Assembly (NCBI RefSeq): GCF_004010195.1 | Contig: NC_057718.1 | Coordinates: forward strand, 92,490,540 to 92,554,539 | Direction of reading: 5' to 3' | DNA: 64,000 bases | Source: Chiloscyllium plagiosum | Taxonomy: Eukaryota | Part shown: positions 12,080 to 24,924 of the stretch, in pieces | How positions within the stretch are numbered: position 1 is the stretch's first letter | How the letters are laid out: every line of letters begins with the position of its first letter | The notes under the pieces: generated by a model | What the model was told of the DNA's origin: nothing | What the model saw: only the letters and a program-made list of their open reading frames with translations | Database searches by the model: none | Program-made: the position numbers and the translations under genes

Positions 12080-14080
12080 CCATAGGATATAGGAGCAGAA
12101 ATTAGACCATTTGGCCCATCGAGTCTGCTCAATTATGGTTGATAAGTTTTTCAATCCCATTTTCCTGCTTTCTCCCTGTAACCTTTGATATCCTTGTCAA
12201 TCAAGAATTTATCTATCTCTGTTAACACTCAATGATCTGGCCTCCACAGCCCTTTGGCAATGAATTCCATAGATTCATCACTCTCTAGGTAAAGAAGTTT
12301 CTCCTTATCTCAGTTCTAAAGAATCTTTACTCTAAGATTGTACTCTCAGGTACTCGTTTCTCCTGCCAGTGGAAACATCTTCCCAATGTCCACTCTGTCC
12401 AGGCCATTCAGTATTCTGTAAGTTTCAATCAGATCCCCCTCATCGTTCTAAACTCCATTGAGTATAGTCCCAGAGTCCTCAAGCGTTCTTCATATGTTAA
12501 GCGTTTCATTCCTGGGATCATTCTCGTGAACGTCTTCTGGACCTGCTCCAGGGCCAAATCATCCTTTCTGAAGCATGGGGCCCAAAATTGCTCACCATAC
12601 TCTAAATGTGGTCTGAACCAGAACCTTATAAAGCCTCAGAAATACATCCCCACTTTTATATTCTAGTCCTGTCGAGATTAATGACAACATTGTATTTGTC
12701 TTCCTAAATACCAACTCAACCTGCAAGTTTACTTTAAGAGAAACCTGAACTAGGACTCCCAAGTCCCTTTGCACTTCAGATTTCTGAATTTTCTCCCAAT
12801 TTAGTTTCTCCCCATTAAGTCCATGCCTTTATTCTTCCTACCAAAGTGCATGACCTCGCATTTTATCACAATGTATTTCAACTAGGTAAAAACAAGGACT
12901 TCAGATGCTGGAAACCAGATTCTAGATTAGAGTGGTTCTGGAAAAGCACAGAGTTCAGGCAGCTATTCCTGATGAAGGGCTTTTGCCCGAAACGTCAATT
13001 TTCCTGCTCCTCGGATGCTACCTGAACTTCTGTGTTTTTCCAGCTCCACTCTAATCCACAATGTATTTCAGCTGTCACTTCTTTGCCCACTCTCCTAACC
13101 TGTATAAATCTTTCTGCAGCCTTCCCATATCCTCAATACTACCTTCCCCTTCACCTATCTTTGCATCATCTGCAAACTTAGCCAGAATACCCACAGTTCC
13201 TTTATCCAGATCATTATTGTATAAAGTGAAAAGTTGTGGTCCCAACACTGACTTTTGTGGAACTCCACTAGTTACCGGCTTCCATGCTGAGGAGGACCCT
13301 TTTATCCCCACTTTCTGCTTTTTGCCAGACATTCTTTCCATGCTCATACCTTGCCTCTAACACCATGGCCCTTTATCTTTCTTAGCAGCTTCCAGTGTGA
13401 AACCGTATTAAAGGCCTCTGAAAGTCCAAATGGATAACATCCATTAGCTCTCCTTGGTCTAACCTGCTCGTTACCTCCTCAAAGAATTCTATTAGATTTG
13501 TCAGGCATGACCTCCTCTTGATGAAACCATTCTGACTTTGCCTTATTTTATCATACATTTCCAAGTATTCAGAAATCTCATACATCCAAAGTCTTATCAA
13601 CAATTGAGCTCAGGCTAATCAGCCTAGAATTTCCTATCTTTTGCCTTACTCCCTCCTTAAACAGGGGGGTTAAAATAGTGCTTTTCCAGTCCTCTGGGAC
13701 CCTCTCTGACTCCAGAGTTCACTCCTGAAAGATCACTATTCAAGCCTCCTCTGTCCCTTCAGCTATCTCCTTCAGAACTCTGGGATGTTGTCCATCTGGT
13801 CCAAGTGATTTATCCACCTTCAGACCCTACTGTTTTTCTCGCACCTTCTCCCTGGTGATGGCCACCATACTCATCTCTGCCCCCCGACTCTCTTGAATTT
13901 TTGGGATATTACTCATGTCTTCCACTGTGAAGACTGATGCAAATTACTTATTACTCAGCCATTTCTTTGATCCCCATTGCCACTTCTCCAGCATCATTTT
14001 CCAGTGGTCCAGTGTCCACTTTTACCTCTTACTTGCCCTTTATATATCTAAGGAGACTCTTGCAATCTTTTCTAATATTA
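12080..14080 (-). mobile_element. CR1 LINE, 5'-truncated (RT + 3' UTR)
   Basis: ORF-track fragments SGVPQKSVLGPQLFTLYNNDLD...KFADDAKIG and RSCLTNLIEFFEEV; same subfamily as 57010-62535. Confidence 0.92.
12884..13056. mobile_element. Penelope-derived foldback mini-element with hammerhead, nested in CR1
   Basis: TSD CACAATGTATTTCA at 12867-12880 and 13057-13070; inverted arms; CTGATGA-A-GGGC TTTT GCCC-GAAA-CGTC at 12969-12996. Confidence 0.9.
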
Positions 14081-14480
14081 TCGTTTCCACTGAAATTGGT
14101 GTTAAAACTGAAGTTAGGTAGTTCCCTTTGTAGTGGACCCTTCCAGAGTGGAATCTGGGATGTCAGAGTCCAAGGGCTTTGTGCTGGTGCCTTTGTTCTT
14201 TGGGCTCCACTGCTTTCTGGTGTTCCTGGCCATTTTGTGACCATTGCCTTGTGTCTTTTTGGATTGCCACAGTAACGCTTCTTGTTTGCCACCCTCTTGT
14301 GGAACTGTGTCCCTGGATTGGTTGCAACTCCTTGGCCTTCTTATCTCTCTCCCTGGTGGGCAGGGTGTCATTAATGGCTGTGCGCATCGCTGCAGTGTAG
14401 CGTTGGGGAATAGCTGAAATGAAACACACCTACGACTTGCATGCTTCTGGCAAGTTACTTTCTGTTTAGGGACACATACA

Positions 14481-15930
14481 TTGAATTGAATTTATTGTCA
14501 CATGTACCGAGGCACAGTGAAAAGCTTTGTCTTGCAAGCAATGCAGGCAGATCACTTAGTTAAATAGCGTAGATAAGTAAATAATAGGTAAACAGCGGCA
14601 AAAACAAAAACACAGGTACAGGCAAATGTTAAGCGTTTGTGAATCCATTCAGTATTCTAACAACAGTAGGGTAGAAACTGTTTTGAAACTGCTGGTGCAT
14701 CTGTTCAGGTTTCTGTAACTTCTCCCCAATGGTAGAGGTTGTAGAAAAACATTGCCAGGATGGGATGGGTCTTTGAGAATGTTGGTGGCCTCTCCTTGAC
14801 AGCGGGCCTGGTAGGTGGATTCTATAGATAGGAGGTTGACCTTTGTGATTGTCCGGGCCGAGTTCGCCACTCTCTGTAACCGTCTCCGATCTTGAAAGGT
14901 ACAGTTGCCATACCAGGTAGTGATACATAGAGACAGAATGCTCTCGATGGCGCACCTATAAGAGTTGGCAAGAGTATTCACGTCATGCCAAACTTCCTCA
15001 ACTGTCTGAGGAAGAAGACATGTTGTTGGTCCTTTGTAACCAGTGGGTCCACATGAAGAGTCCAACAAAGCTTGTTGTGGATGACCACTCCCAGGAGTTT
15101 GATACTCTCTACTTGTTCCACCTCTGTGCTGTTAATGTGTAGGGGGGCATGAATAACATCCCGCCAAAAATCAATAATGAGTTCCTTGGTTTTGCTGGCA
15201 TTGAGAGATAGAATGTTCTCAGTGCATTATTTTTCCATGTCTTCCACCTCCCATCTGTAGTCTGTTTTGTCGCCATTTGAGATTCGACCAACTATGGTAG
15301 TGTAATCTGTGAATTTGTAAATGGCATTAGTCTGGTATTTGGCAATGCAGTCTTGGGTATACAGTGAGTACAGTAGGGGGCTGAGTATGCACCCCTGGGT
15401 GGCTCCAGTGTTGAGTGTTAGTGAGGATGATATATTTTTCCCAATCCTTGTTGATTGTGGACTGTGGGTCAGGAAACTGAGGATCCAGTTGCAGAGAGTG
15501 GGGCTTAGTCTGAGATCACTAACTTTAGTAATCAGTCTTGAGGGAATAATAATGTTGAAGGCTGAACTGTAGTCAATGCGTAGGATTCTTATGTAGCTGT
15601 TCTTGGTGTCAAAATGTTCTGGGGAGGAGTGAAGGGCAAGTGACATGGCATCTGATGTGGATCTGTTGTTCCAGTAGGCAAATTGGAGTGGGCCAAGGAT
15701 AGTGGGAGGCTAGACTTGATTAATGCCACGACCTCTGCCAGTTGATCTGCACATGCTCTGATTGCACAGCTTGGTCCTCCATCTGGTCCTATCATTTTCC
15801 TTGAATTCACATGACGGAAAACTGATCTGACCTCTAATGCAGTGATTGCTGGGGTAGGTTTGTCAGGACTTGTTGGAATAGGTGTTACTTCGCTGCCAAA
15901 ATTCTGCTCAAAGCGAGCATAGAAGCATAC
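14481..15930 (-). mobile_element. Rex1/Babar LINE, 5'-truncated
   Basis: RT IDYSSAFNIIIPSRL...NTGATQGCILSPLLYSLYTQDC...KFTDYTTIVG; C-terminus YRCAIESILS.CIT.WYGNC, DPSHPG; short tandem 3' tail. Confidence 0.9.
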
Positions 15931-16089
15931 GTGTAAACAAGTTGCATTTTATAACTCTTAGCATGATTTCTTAGCAGTGACTCACTTTATGCTTACTTAA
16001 AGTCTATAAACCTTCACGACTTCTATTGCTTTTGACCACATAGGGTCTTCAGTGCTCAATGCAGTTACGACCCTCTATGGCATACAGAG

Positions 16090-17790
16090 AGAGGCCAACA
16101 GCCTGTCAGAGGAGGGAGCTGTCAAATACCAAGGGGTGGCCATGTCACTGGATGGCTCCATGTTATGTTCACGTTACACCAACAGTATATGCCAATACCT
16201 TGTGCGGCAAATACACTGTGCCTCTACCAAATGGCAGTGTCTGAAAATCGTATGAAAATCAGTCATGAAAGAGGAACTATGGTCTGTTGCCACCTCAGTC
16301 AATCAAGGGTCTCATCAGTTACACAACAGGTGGTTGACCATGGTCAGTCAGGCATTTGGATTCATGTTCTCAAGTTCCAGGGTCCTGGTTGGTCCTGCAG
16401 ATCAAATGCAACTGCTCAGAATTGTAGGTATGTTAGGATGTTGTGGAGACATTAGTCTGGGATTTGAACCATGCTCAGTTCAGACTGTCGTGCCAAGTTA
16501 GTCTTGGGGTTGAGTTGTGGTTAGTCGTGAGGTTTGCTCATTAATGTTTCGGGAGCTTCTCGGAGGAACTCCATGAAGAGAGTGGATACCTTAAATCTGG
16601 GGATGGGCCTTATTGGATCAAATTGCTGAGGAAATTATTAATGTGAAAGGAAACAATTCAAATAGAGTGGGACCTCATGGATCAGAGGAGGGGACCCAGA
16701 GCTCCAAGAGGGCTGAGTTTTCGCAGGTCACTATCACTTTGATGTCTTTATAGGTAAGTTGGAAGGCTAGGAAGGGCATAGCAGTTTGCAAAGCCATTGG
16801 CCCTGGAGTAAATTGGGCACATTGATGGTTATTTAAGGGGACTGAATAGAAACAGGCAAGGCTGAAAGGTCATTGGCACCACAGGAACTTCAACACAAGC
16901 TGAAGCATACAGCATGGGAGATCATTTTGCATCTCAGTCAGATCCTTTCTGGTTACTGCCAAGAGCACAATTAAAACTTTGCTATCTTCGATCCAATGTC
17001 AACTATGCAATGATGACACAAAATGACTGCCACTGCATGTAGAGTAGGCTGCTTTCATTTCCTTTGGGGACAGAATAAAGTTTTTGAATTTGAAGCCCTG
17101 CTTGGGGCACTTGGAGACATCATGAATCCATTGATACAGTATTGCATTCTGGTATCAAATTGCACTTCCCAAGAAGGTCATTTTTTGTTCAAGAGTGCAC
17201 TTTACAAATTATGGCCACAAGCAATCATGACGTTATGTTACCCACACTAATTATCTCCTTGTGATGTCCGCCACATAAATCTAATCAGTCAGTTACCTGA
17301 AAGTTTCAGGTGGGCTTTGCATTTCTGAAACACAAACCATAGCAGTCACTGGAAGGCAGTGCTTCACAGCTGCCAAGTTTGCACACTGAACTGTAAGCAT
17401 GCGCAGGCATGTTCATCAGTACCTTTTATTTGGAGGTGGGGTGTGTGGGGTTAGCCTATCCCATTCTAGCTTACTGCCAGAATTCTAATCCCCAAATTGT
17501 ATAAAAGTTGTGTAACATATATGTGATTTTATCTATATATATGAATGCCATATTTTGAAGGTTGTACTGGATATCCTGGGAGCTGTCATAATCCTTGCAC
17601 ACTGGAGAAGTCTCATGTTCCTGAGTCCTTTCTCAATTCAAACAGGGATGGCTGACGAGAGACCCAGAATACCTCTTCCAATTATGCCTTATGGCACCTT
17701 ACAAGATCCTGTGGCGAACACAGAATGAAGATGCAGCATTGCTTATGCTTCCATCAGGGCCATGTGGAACAGACCATAGGTCTCCTTAAG
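16090..17790 (+). pseudogene. PIF/Harbinger transposase relic (clear core at 17563-17790; upstream parts very degenerate)
   Basis: 17563-17790 reads, across frameshifts, GYPGSCHN..LEKSHVP...GWLTRD..Y....LMAP...VEQTIGLLK, matching Harbinger DDE motifs YPGS.HD / GWLLGD.GY / IEQTIG.LK. Confidence 0.7.
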
Positions 17791-17939
17791 CTGAAGTTTT
17801 CATGCCAGCATTTTTCCGGCAGAGCCTTGTAGTAGATTTGTAGTAGGGTCCAGCAAATGTGCACTGCCTCATTTGACTTACAGTGTCCTTCACAATGGGA
17901 GCTGACAAAAAGAAGATGCCCTGAATGCAGACGAAATGT

Positions 17940-18270
17940 GGGATTGACAGCAATGTTATGAAGGTGAGGTGTAGGACATCATACATTTTGGAAGGACTAA
18001 CAAGGGAAGAGAAAACACATTGAATAGTGGAACTTTAGGAAGTACAATGGATCAGAGATTGGTGTGCATGTCCACAGATCCTTGAAGGCAGTAGAAAAGT
18101 AGACAAGATGATTAAGAAAACAAATGGGACACTTGACTTTATTAGTCAAGGCATTGAAACCAAGAGGTAGGAGGTTATAATGGAACTGTAGCTGACATTA
18201 GTAAGTTCACAGTTGAAGTATTGTGTGTAAGTCTGGTCACCATACCATAGGATGGCTCTGGATACATTGT
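17940..18270 (+). mobile_element. CR1 RT fragment
   Basis: IHFGRTNK...GVHVHRSLK...QLKYCV.VWSPY-like translation. Confidence 0.7.
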
Positions 18271-18699
18271 CAGCAATGTGCTCACCAGATTGTGTTCCTA
18301 AGTCTCATGTAGGTAGAGTACCTATCAAGTTGGAAGTCTCTGAGCTGGTGGAGGATACAGTGATTTATTGGTGCATCCTCTGCAGGTTCAGTGGGTTTTT
18401 CCTTAGAGGTGGAATAGATATCTCAGTGTCATTTTGTGGACGTTTGCTGGATGCCACAAGTTTTTAAGTGAAGGAGAGGAAGTTTTTGAGTAAAAGTGAT
18501 GAGTGTGCGAAGGTTAAGAATGAGTTAACATTATTGGGAGAGCAGTGCAGCACAGCACAATGAAATTACTGAGGTCTCCCCATAACAACGTGAGCAGTTT
18601 AGTTCTTCTGGAGCATTTTCTCAGAATAGGAAGTGAGGAGCCTGATTTTTGCTCCATCTGCTCAATCAAGCCAGCCTTGGCTGTTTCAGCTCAGTTAAA

Positions 18700-18845
18700 G
18701 TCATAGAGATTCATAAAGGTTGCCAACACAGAAAAAGGCCCTTTGACCCATCGAGCCTGTACCAGTCAAAAGCAGCCACCTTGGCACTTGGCCTAAAGTC
18801 TTGAATGGCTTGACATCACAAGTGCATGTCTGAGTACTTGCTAAA
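18700..18845 (-). mobile_element. CR1 3' tail remnant
   Basis: GTCATAGAG...ACAGAAAAAGGCCCTTTGACCCATCGAGCCTGTACC. Confidence 0.6.
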
Positions 18846-19080
18846 TGTTTAGTTCACTTCTGAACCACATTTTTCCTGCCTTGTGAGGTGTCACCAGTGA
18901 GTGAATAGGAAGCACAGAGAGCAGGTAGGATTCATAGTTTGAGAGAATGGGGTGAGTGAGAGCTGTTGACTGGACATAATACATGCAATAGTGAAAGTTG
19001 TAGTTCATGTGCCTGGGTGAGACGTATGTGCAATGACAGCATTGGAATGAGAGGTGACACAGAAAAGACGGTATACTTAC

Positions 19081-19305
19081 CTTTGCAGAGCACAGACAAT
19101 CATTGATCTGTTTTTCCTGCACTTCTGTGCATTCATTTTTGCCTGCAACACAGCACTGATCTGGACTGCTATCTCTGTGTAGACTGGCTGCGTCGAGGAG
19201 TGTGATCTCCTGTGGTGATAAGTAGGATGAAGAACCTGCCCCATTGTTCTCTCCATCACAACCTCCATATCCCTATCCTTTTTGGGCCATCTACTCCATT
19301 GCAAT
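19081..19305 (-). pseudogene. Harbinger Myb/SANT-like DNA-binding gene relic (first coding exon)
   Basis: DMEVVME...VLHP....RR....TQPVYTEIAVQISAV.....AQKCRK, then KQINDCLCSAK in another frame, followed by a perfect donor AAG|GTAAGT (19080-19075). Confidence 0.65.
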
Positions 19306-19351
19306 CAATAATATAACTATCCTGAGCCACACCGTGTAAGGACGAGTTACT

Positions 19352-19707
19352 GTTGAAAAGTGTGGCGTTGGAAAAGCACAGCAGGTCAGGCAGCATCTGA
19401 GGAGCAGGACAGTCAACGTTTTGGTAACACACTAGTTAACTTGTAAGAATAAGTAGTGATTACCGATCCTATTTCCAGAAACCACTAATTAATTTTCTAG
19501 AATAAGCTTTCATTGTTTATTTCTGCAGAACTGATGTTTTTGGCTCCAAAACCAGGAAAGACAAAGTACTGAATATGATTCTTCGAATAACAAAGTAGTT
19601 TCACATACAAATAAACTATTGTCATTCCTTATGCCCAAAACGTCGACTCTCTTGCTCCTCGGATGCTACCTGACCTGCTCTGCTTTTCCAGGGCCACACT
19701 TTTCGAC
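19352..19707. mobile_element. Pair of inverted Penelope pLTR arms enclosing ~200 bp of non-PLE sequence
   Basis: 19352-19424 is the reverse complement of ~19635-19707. Confidence 0.75.
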
Positions 19708-20449
19708 CTTAAATGTGCAAGAGTTTACGTCTGATCCTAGCAACTTTGATGAATTGTAAAGTTGAAAATTATTTAGACTTTTCATTTTCCATTTTGCACA
19801 TCCTTTGTGAAACTTGGCAGCTCACAGATTTTGCGAACAATGAGTTTTAAATGTTGGCAATGTATTTTTGTTGTAAATTCCAAATTCAGGAGCTACTTGT
19901 TAAATGTAATTTGTTCACACAACAATCATCTTAATACTTCAGTGTCTGCTTTTGTCTCATGCAATTTTATCCTTACATCAGCGAAGACCAGTATAAAATG
20001 ACTATCTTTAAATGAAGAAATTCTTATCAAGTCAATTTAACTAATGGAAATAGAAGATTCAATTCACAATTCATTCAAAAGTGTTTTTAAACAATCATTT
20101 GAAGTTCATAATATGTAAAGGTGTAAATTTTGCACTTTAAGGAACTGACTGATGACAGCAGGGCAAATAGTGGAATAAATTAACTTCAGAGAATGATAAT
20201 TTTTTTATTTTTAACTTATTTTAATATTAATGGGTAACTTTAATCAAGTAACTTTAAACTGCAAACCTTTATAATCCCAATAAATCATTATAATTGTTCA
20301 TGTTAGGTAGTATTAAAATTCAAAAAATGTTGAAGGAAAATAATGAATTTTAGAATACCTGTTTAATGTAGTCAATTAATTTACAAACTGTTGAGTTAGT
20401 TTAAATGCCAAGAAGTAATTAACGCACTATAAAAATACCTTTTATTTTT

Positions 20450-20670
20450 TGTTTGATTTGATTTATTATTGTCACATGTATTGAGGTACAGTGATAAGTG
20501 TTATCTTAAGTGCTTTACTTGCAGATCGTACTATACAAGTGCATCAGGGTAACAGAACAGAGTGCAGGATACAGTGTGACAGCACCTGAGAAGGTGCAGA
20601 TAGAGATCAACATTAACATTAAAGAGGTCCATTCAAAAGTCTGATAACAGTGGGGTGAATCTGTTCGGAT
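20450..20670 (-). mobile_element. Rex1/Babar 3' tail
   Basis: TTTGATTTGATTTATTATTGTCACATGTATTGAGGTACAGTGA, similar to 14481-14520. Confidence 0.7.
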
Positions 20671-22023
20671 ATGAAACACTAATTCCTAAGATTGCGGAGT
20701 AATAATTACCATATGCATAAAAACAAATAGTTTTCTTGCATTTCTTATGACTTTTTGAATATCTATAACCTGTGCATATATTATAATATTTTTAATCTTA
20801 AAATTAGACTTTTTTTGAAAACATTACATAGTTATGTCATCTTATTTGCTTGCAAGTCCATTGGGAGCAATGGCTTGTTTGCTCCTTTGCTTTTAAGGAT
20901 TGAGAGAGTTTACTCTGACACTCATGATCTCATTTGATCTATGCATCATGAAGCACCAGAAAGATGGAGATATGTGCAATCTATTATAATTACACAGTTT
21001 ATAAGCCTGTTAGAGTGTATTTAAGGTAAAACAGTGTTGTAAGTGAGTACTGTGACCTGTTTGAAATTTTGCCATGCAATAGCCAAAGCGTATTTATAAT
21101 GGGGACAAGAGGGGCCAAAATCAAGAGACTTGCTGTGAAGGTACACCATGTCCACAACTGTGAACAATGGCATGAGAATCTAACTATAAGTAGACTTTGT
21201 CTTACAAGGAAGTGCTATGGAAGTGAAGTGAATGTCAGGTTTTATAATGGTTTTACTTGCTGTCTGTCTAATTTCAAATTAGAATGGAGTTGTGAATCCA
21301 GAGGAGAGGTAATTGTAATTTCTTCATGTGGAAAAGGCCCATGTGATTTACATTGCCATGGAGATGGGCTTTAGGAAGGGAAAGGAACACAGGCATGATA
21401 ATAGATTACAGGATTTCTTCAGATATTGCTGAACCACGGACACAAGTGAGTTTGCGGAAAGATTTGCTGAGTTTGGACGAAAGCGAAAGAATCTCCACTG
21501 TTATGATCCCAATTCATGCTATTATTGAAATCTGGCTTGATAGGTCATAATTTAATTTAATTTGGTTTTTCATTGAACCAAACACTCAATGCTGCAAGGT
21601 TCAGGTTTAACAATACAACAGAAGATGCAAAAGAAATGCAGATAAAAAAATGAAACTATTTGCATGTGACATAAATTTAAAGACTTAAAAGCACACAGTA
21701 AAATGTAATCTCATTAATCCCAGCAATGTTTCTTTACAGTGCTCACACCAGAGAGAATTTCCTTCTTTATCATGTAGATAGGACTAAATTTTAACTGTGG
21801 CTTCAATTCCCTAACTTGATAAACTAATAACCTCTGCCTGGAGTCTTCGTATAATTGAGCTCACACTTTCTTAGCTTTGTATAACTGGGTTTTTAGCCAA
21901 ATACTTCTGATCTGGAACTTTCAAATTAAACTCCTTACACCAAGGTAATCTTATTTCTTTACAGTCCTAAAACTGCCTCCCTTTCTCAGGAGCAACTATT
22001 TTACACATCCAGTTTCAGTCAAG

Positions 22024-24924
22024 ATTTGGAGATGCCAGTGCTGGACTGGGGTGTACAAAGTTAAAAAATCACACAACACCAGGTTATCATCCAACAGTTT
22101 TATTTGGACGCACCAATTTTCGGAGCACTGCTCCTTCATCAGGTAGTTGTGGAGTATAAGATCGTAAGACACAGAATTTATAGCAAAGGTTTACAGTGCT
22201 ATGTAACTGGAATTATATATTGAAAATGACTTGGATTGCTTGTTAAGTCTCTCATCTTTTAGAATGGCCATGTTGGTTTCAGTTCTTTCATATGTAAGTC
22301 TAAGAACTTTTTTTAATGTCACATTCTCAAGTGAACTTTAACAATAGGTGCCATGTCAGCTCAGATAATGCATTGAAGATGTGAGGTGCCCCGTGTGAAG
22401 CCATCTATGCCCCAGTATTCAGACTGATTCTATTTTTAAAACAGGGATTTACAGAATCTTACATGGATTCATGCAGTTTTTGAACAAAATAAAATATAAT
22501 TCTGCAAGTACAAATTCACCCCACAAAATTATTAATGTGTATGCATGTGGGGGGGGGGGCGGCCCGCGGTGAGGGGGAGTTGAGTGTCTGTGAGACAGTG
22601 TATGTATGTGTGAGCGCATAAAGGGGTATAAGTCAGTGAGAGGCTGTGAGTGTGTTGGGTATGTTATGTGTGAGCGTATGAGAGAGCTTGTGTATGAGAG
22701 AGGGGCTGCGTGAGTGTATAGGTCTGTCAGATTGTGTGTGTCTAGTGCAGTGGGGTCACCTGTAGTGTAACATGAACCAAAGTCCGGGTTGAGGCCATCC
22801 CCATTGGTACTGAACTTAGCTATCAGCTCTGCTTGGTCACTTCATGTTGTTGTCTGTCCCAAAGTCTGCCTTGGAGGATTGTCACCCAAAGGTCCAAGGT
22901 AGAATGTCCCGATAGCTGAAGTCCTCTCCAACTGGGAGGGAACAGTTCTGGCTGGTGATTGTTGTGCGGTGTCTATACATCCATTGCTGTAGCCTCTGCT
23001 TGGTCTCTCTGATATACCATGCCTCAGGACATCCTTCCTGCAATGTATGAGATAGACAATGTTGGCCGAGTCACTTGAGTACCTGCCGCGTACATGGTGG
23101 GTTGTGTAACCACATGTAATGGTGGTATGACCAAAATTGTATGCCAATATTCCAACATTTTCATGCACAGGTTCGAACAAGACTTTTCTACGCAGGATCT
23201 CCAACCAACACTATACGCTAGGTATATTGACAACATTTTCTTCATCTGGACCTGTGGCAAGGAGTCACTGAGAAAACTACACTGTGATATCAACGAGTTT
23301 CATCCCACTATCAAATTCACCATGGACTACTCTTTAGTATCTATCTCATTCTTGGACATATGCATCACCATCAAGGATGGGCACTTCAGCACCTCACTCT
23401 ACTGCAAACCCACGCATAACCTCACAATGCCACACTTCTCCAGCTTCCACCCGAAACATATCATAACAGCCATCCCCTATGGACAAGCTCTATGCAGACA
23501 CAGGATCTGTTCAGATGAGGGGGAATGTGACGGATCAAGGATGCCCGCATAAGAGTGGGGTATGATGCTCAACTCATCAACCACCAGTTCTGACATGTCA
23601 CAGCAAGAAACCATAATGACCTCAGGGGACAGACACGAGCTGCAACGGACATGTTACCCTTGGTTGTCCAGTACTTCCCAGCAGCTGAAAAGCTATGCCA
23701 TGTTCTTTGCGACCTGCAGCACATTATCAATGAGGATGAGCACCTCACCAAGACCTTCCCCATGCCTCCATATCTCGCCTTTAAACAACCACCAAACCTC
23801 AAATCGGTCATTGTTTACAGCAAACTGCCTGGCTTTCGGGACAACACCATACAATCCTATCACGGCAGACGTTACAAGACGTGTCAGAGTGTCGACACAG
23901 AAACCACCGTTACACGTGGGGACACCACCCACCGGGTACTCGTGACTTGGTTAATGTTGTCTGTCTCATATGCTGCAGGCAAGGATACTGTGAGGCATAG
24001 TACGTTGATGAAACTGAGCAGAGGCTACAGCAATGGGTGAATGGATACCGCATAACAATCACCAACCAGAAGTGGTGCCTCTCAGTCGGAGAACACTTCA
24101 GCGATCCAGAACATTTGACATCGGACCTCCAGGTGACCGTCCTCCAAGACTTCAGGACAGGCAACAACAAAGTGGCCGAGCAGAGGCTGATAGCCAAGTT
24201 CTGTACCCATGGGGATCACCTCAACTGGGACCTTGGGTTCATGTTACATGACAGGTGACCACACTGCACACTACACACTGTCTCACACACACACTCCTGC
24301 ACACCCATGCACTCATGCAGATCCTGTCTCATACACAAGTGCTCTCATATGCTCACACATACATTCCCCCACACTCACATCCACACACGCACATTCTCAC
24401 AGACGTATAGCCCTTTACACTCAGACACGCCCCCCCCACGCGCGCGCGCGGACGCACACACATACACACAAGTTTGTGGGGTGACGTTGTACTGCAGGAT
24501 TACATTTTATTTTGCTCAAAAACTGCATGAATCCATGTAAGATTCTGTAAATGCTTTTTTAGAAATAGAATCAGTCTGAACATTGGGGCAAAGACACCCT
24601 CACACAGGGCACCTCACACCTTCAATGTGTTATCTGAGCTAACATGGCATCTATTGCTAAAGTTCACTTGAGAAAGTAACTTTAAAAAAAGTTCTGGGAT
24701 TTAGATATGAAAGAACTGACACCAACATGGTCATTCTCAAGTTGAGAATCCAGGTCATTTTCAATATATAATTTCAGTTGTATAACATTGTAAACCTTTG
24801 CTATAAATTCTGTGTCTTACGATCATACACTCCACAACCACCTGAAGGCACAGTGCTCCAAAAGCTAGTGCTTTCAAATAAACCTGTTGGACTATAACGT
24901 GGTGTTGTGTGATTTTTAATCTAC
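22024..24924. mobile_element. Penelope-like element: + strand RT C-terminus/GIY-YIG/pLTR (~23128-24924) preceded by an inverted GIY-YIG/pLTR copy (22024-~23128)
   Basis: RT YSNIFMHRFEQDF...ARYIDNIFFIW...SFLD...LYCKPT; endonuclease end LSVGEHFS...AEQRLIAKF; ~1 kb inverted arms; TSD TTTCAGTCAAG at 22013-22023 and 24925-24935. Confidence 0.92.
22111..22146 (-). ncRNA. Hammerhead ribozyme motif in pLTR (damaged cleavage triplet)
   Basis: CTAC-CTGATGA-A-GGAGC AGT GCTCC-GAAA-ATTG-GTG; the sister arm at ~24838-24870 retains AGCTAGTG but has a damaged core. Confidence 0.6.
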
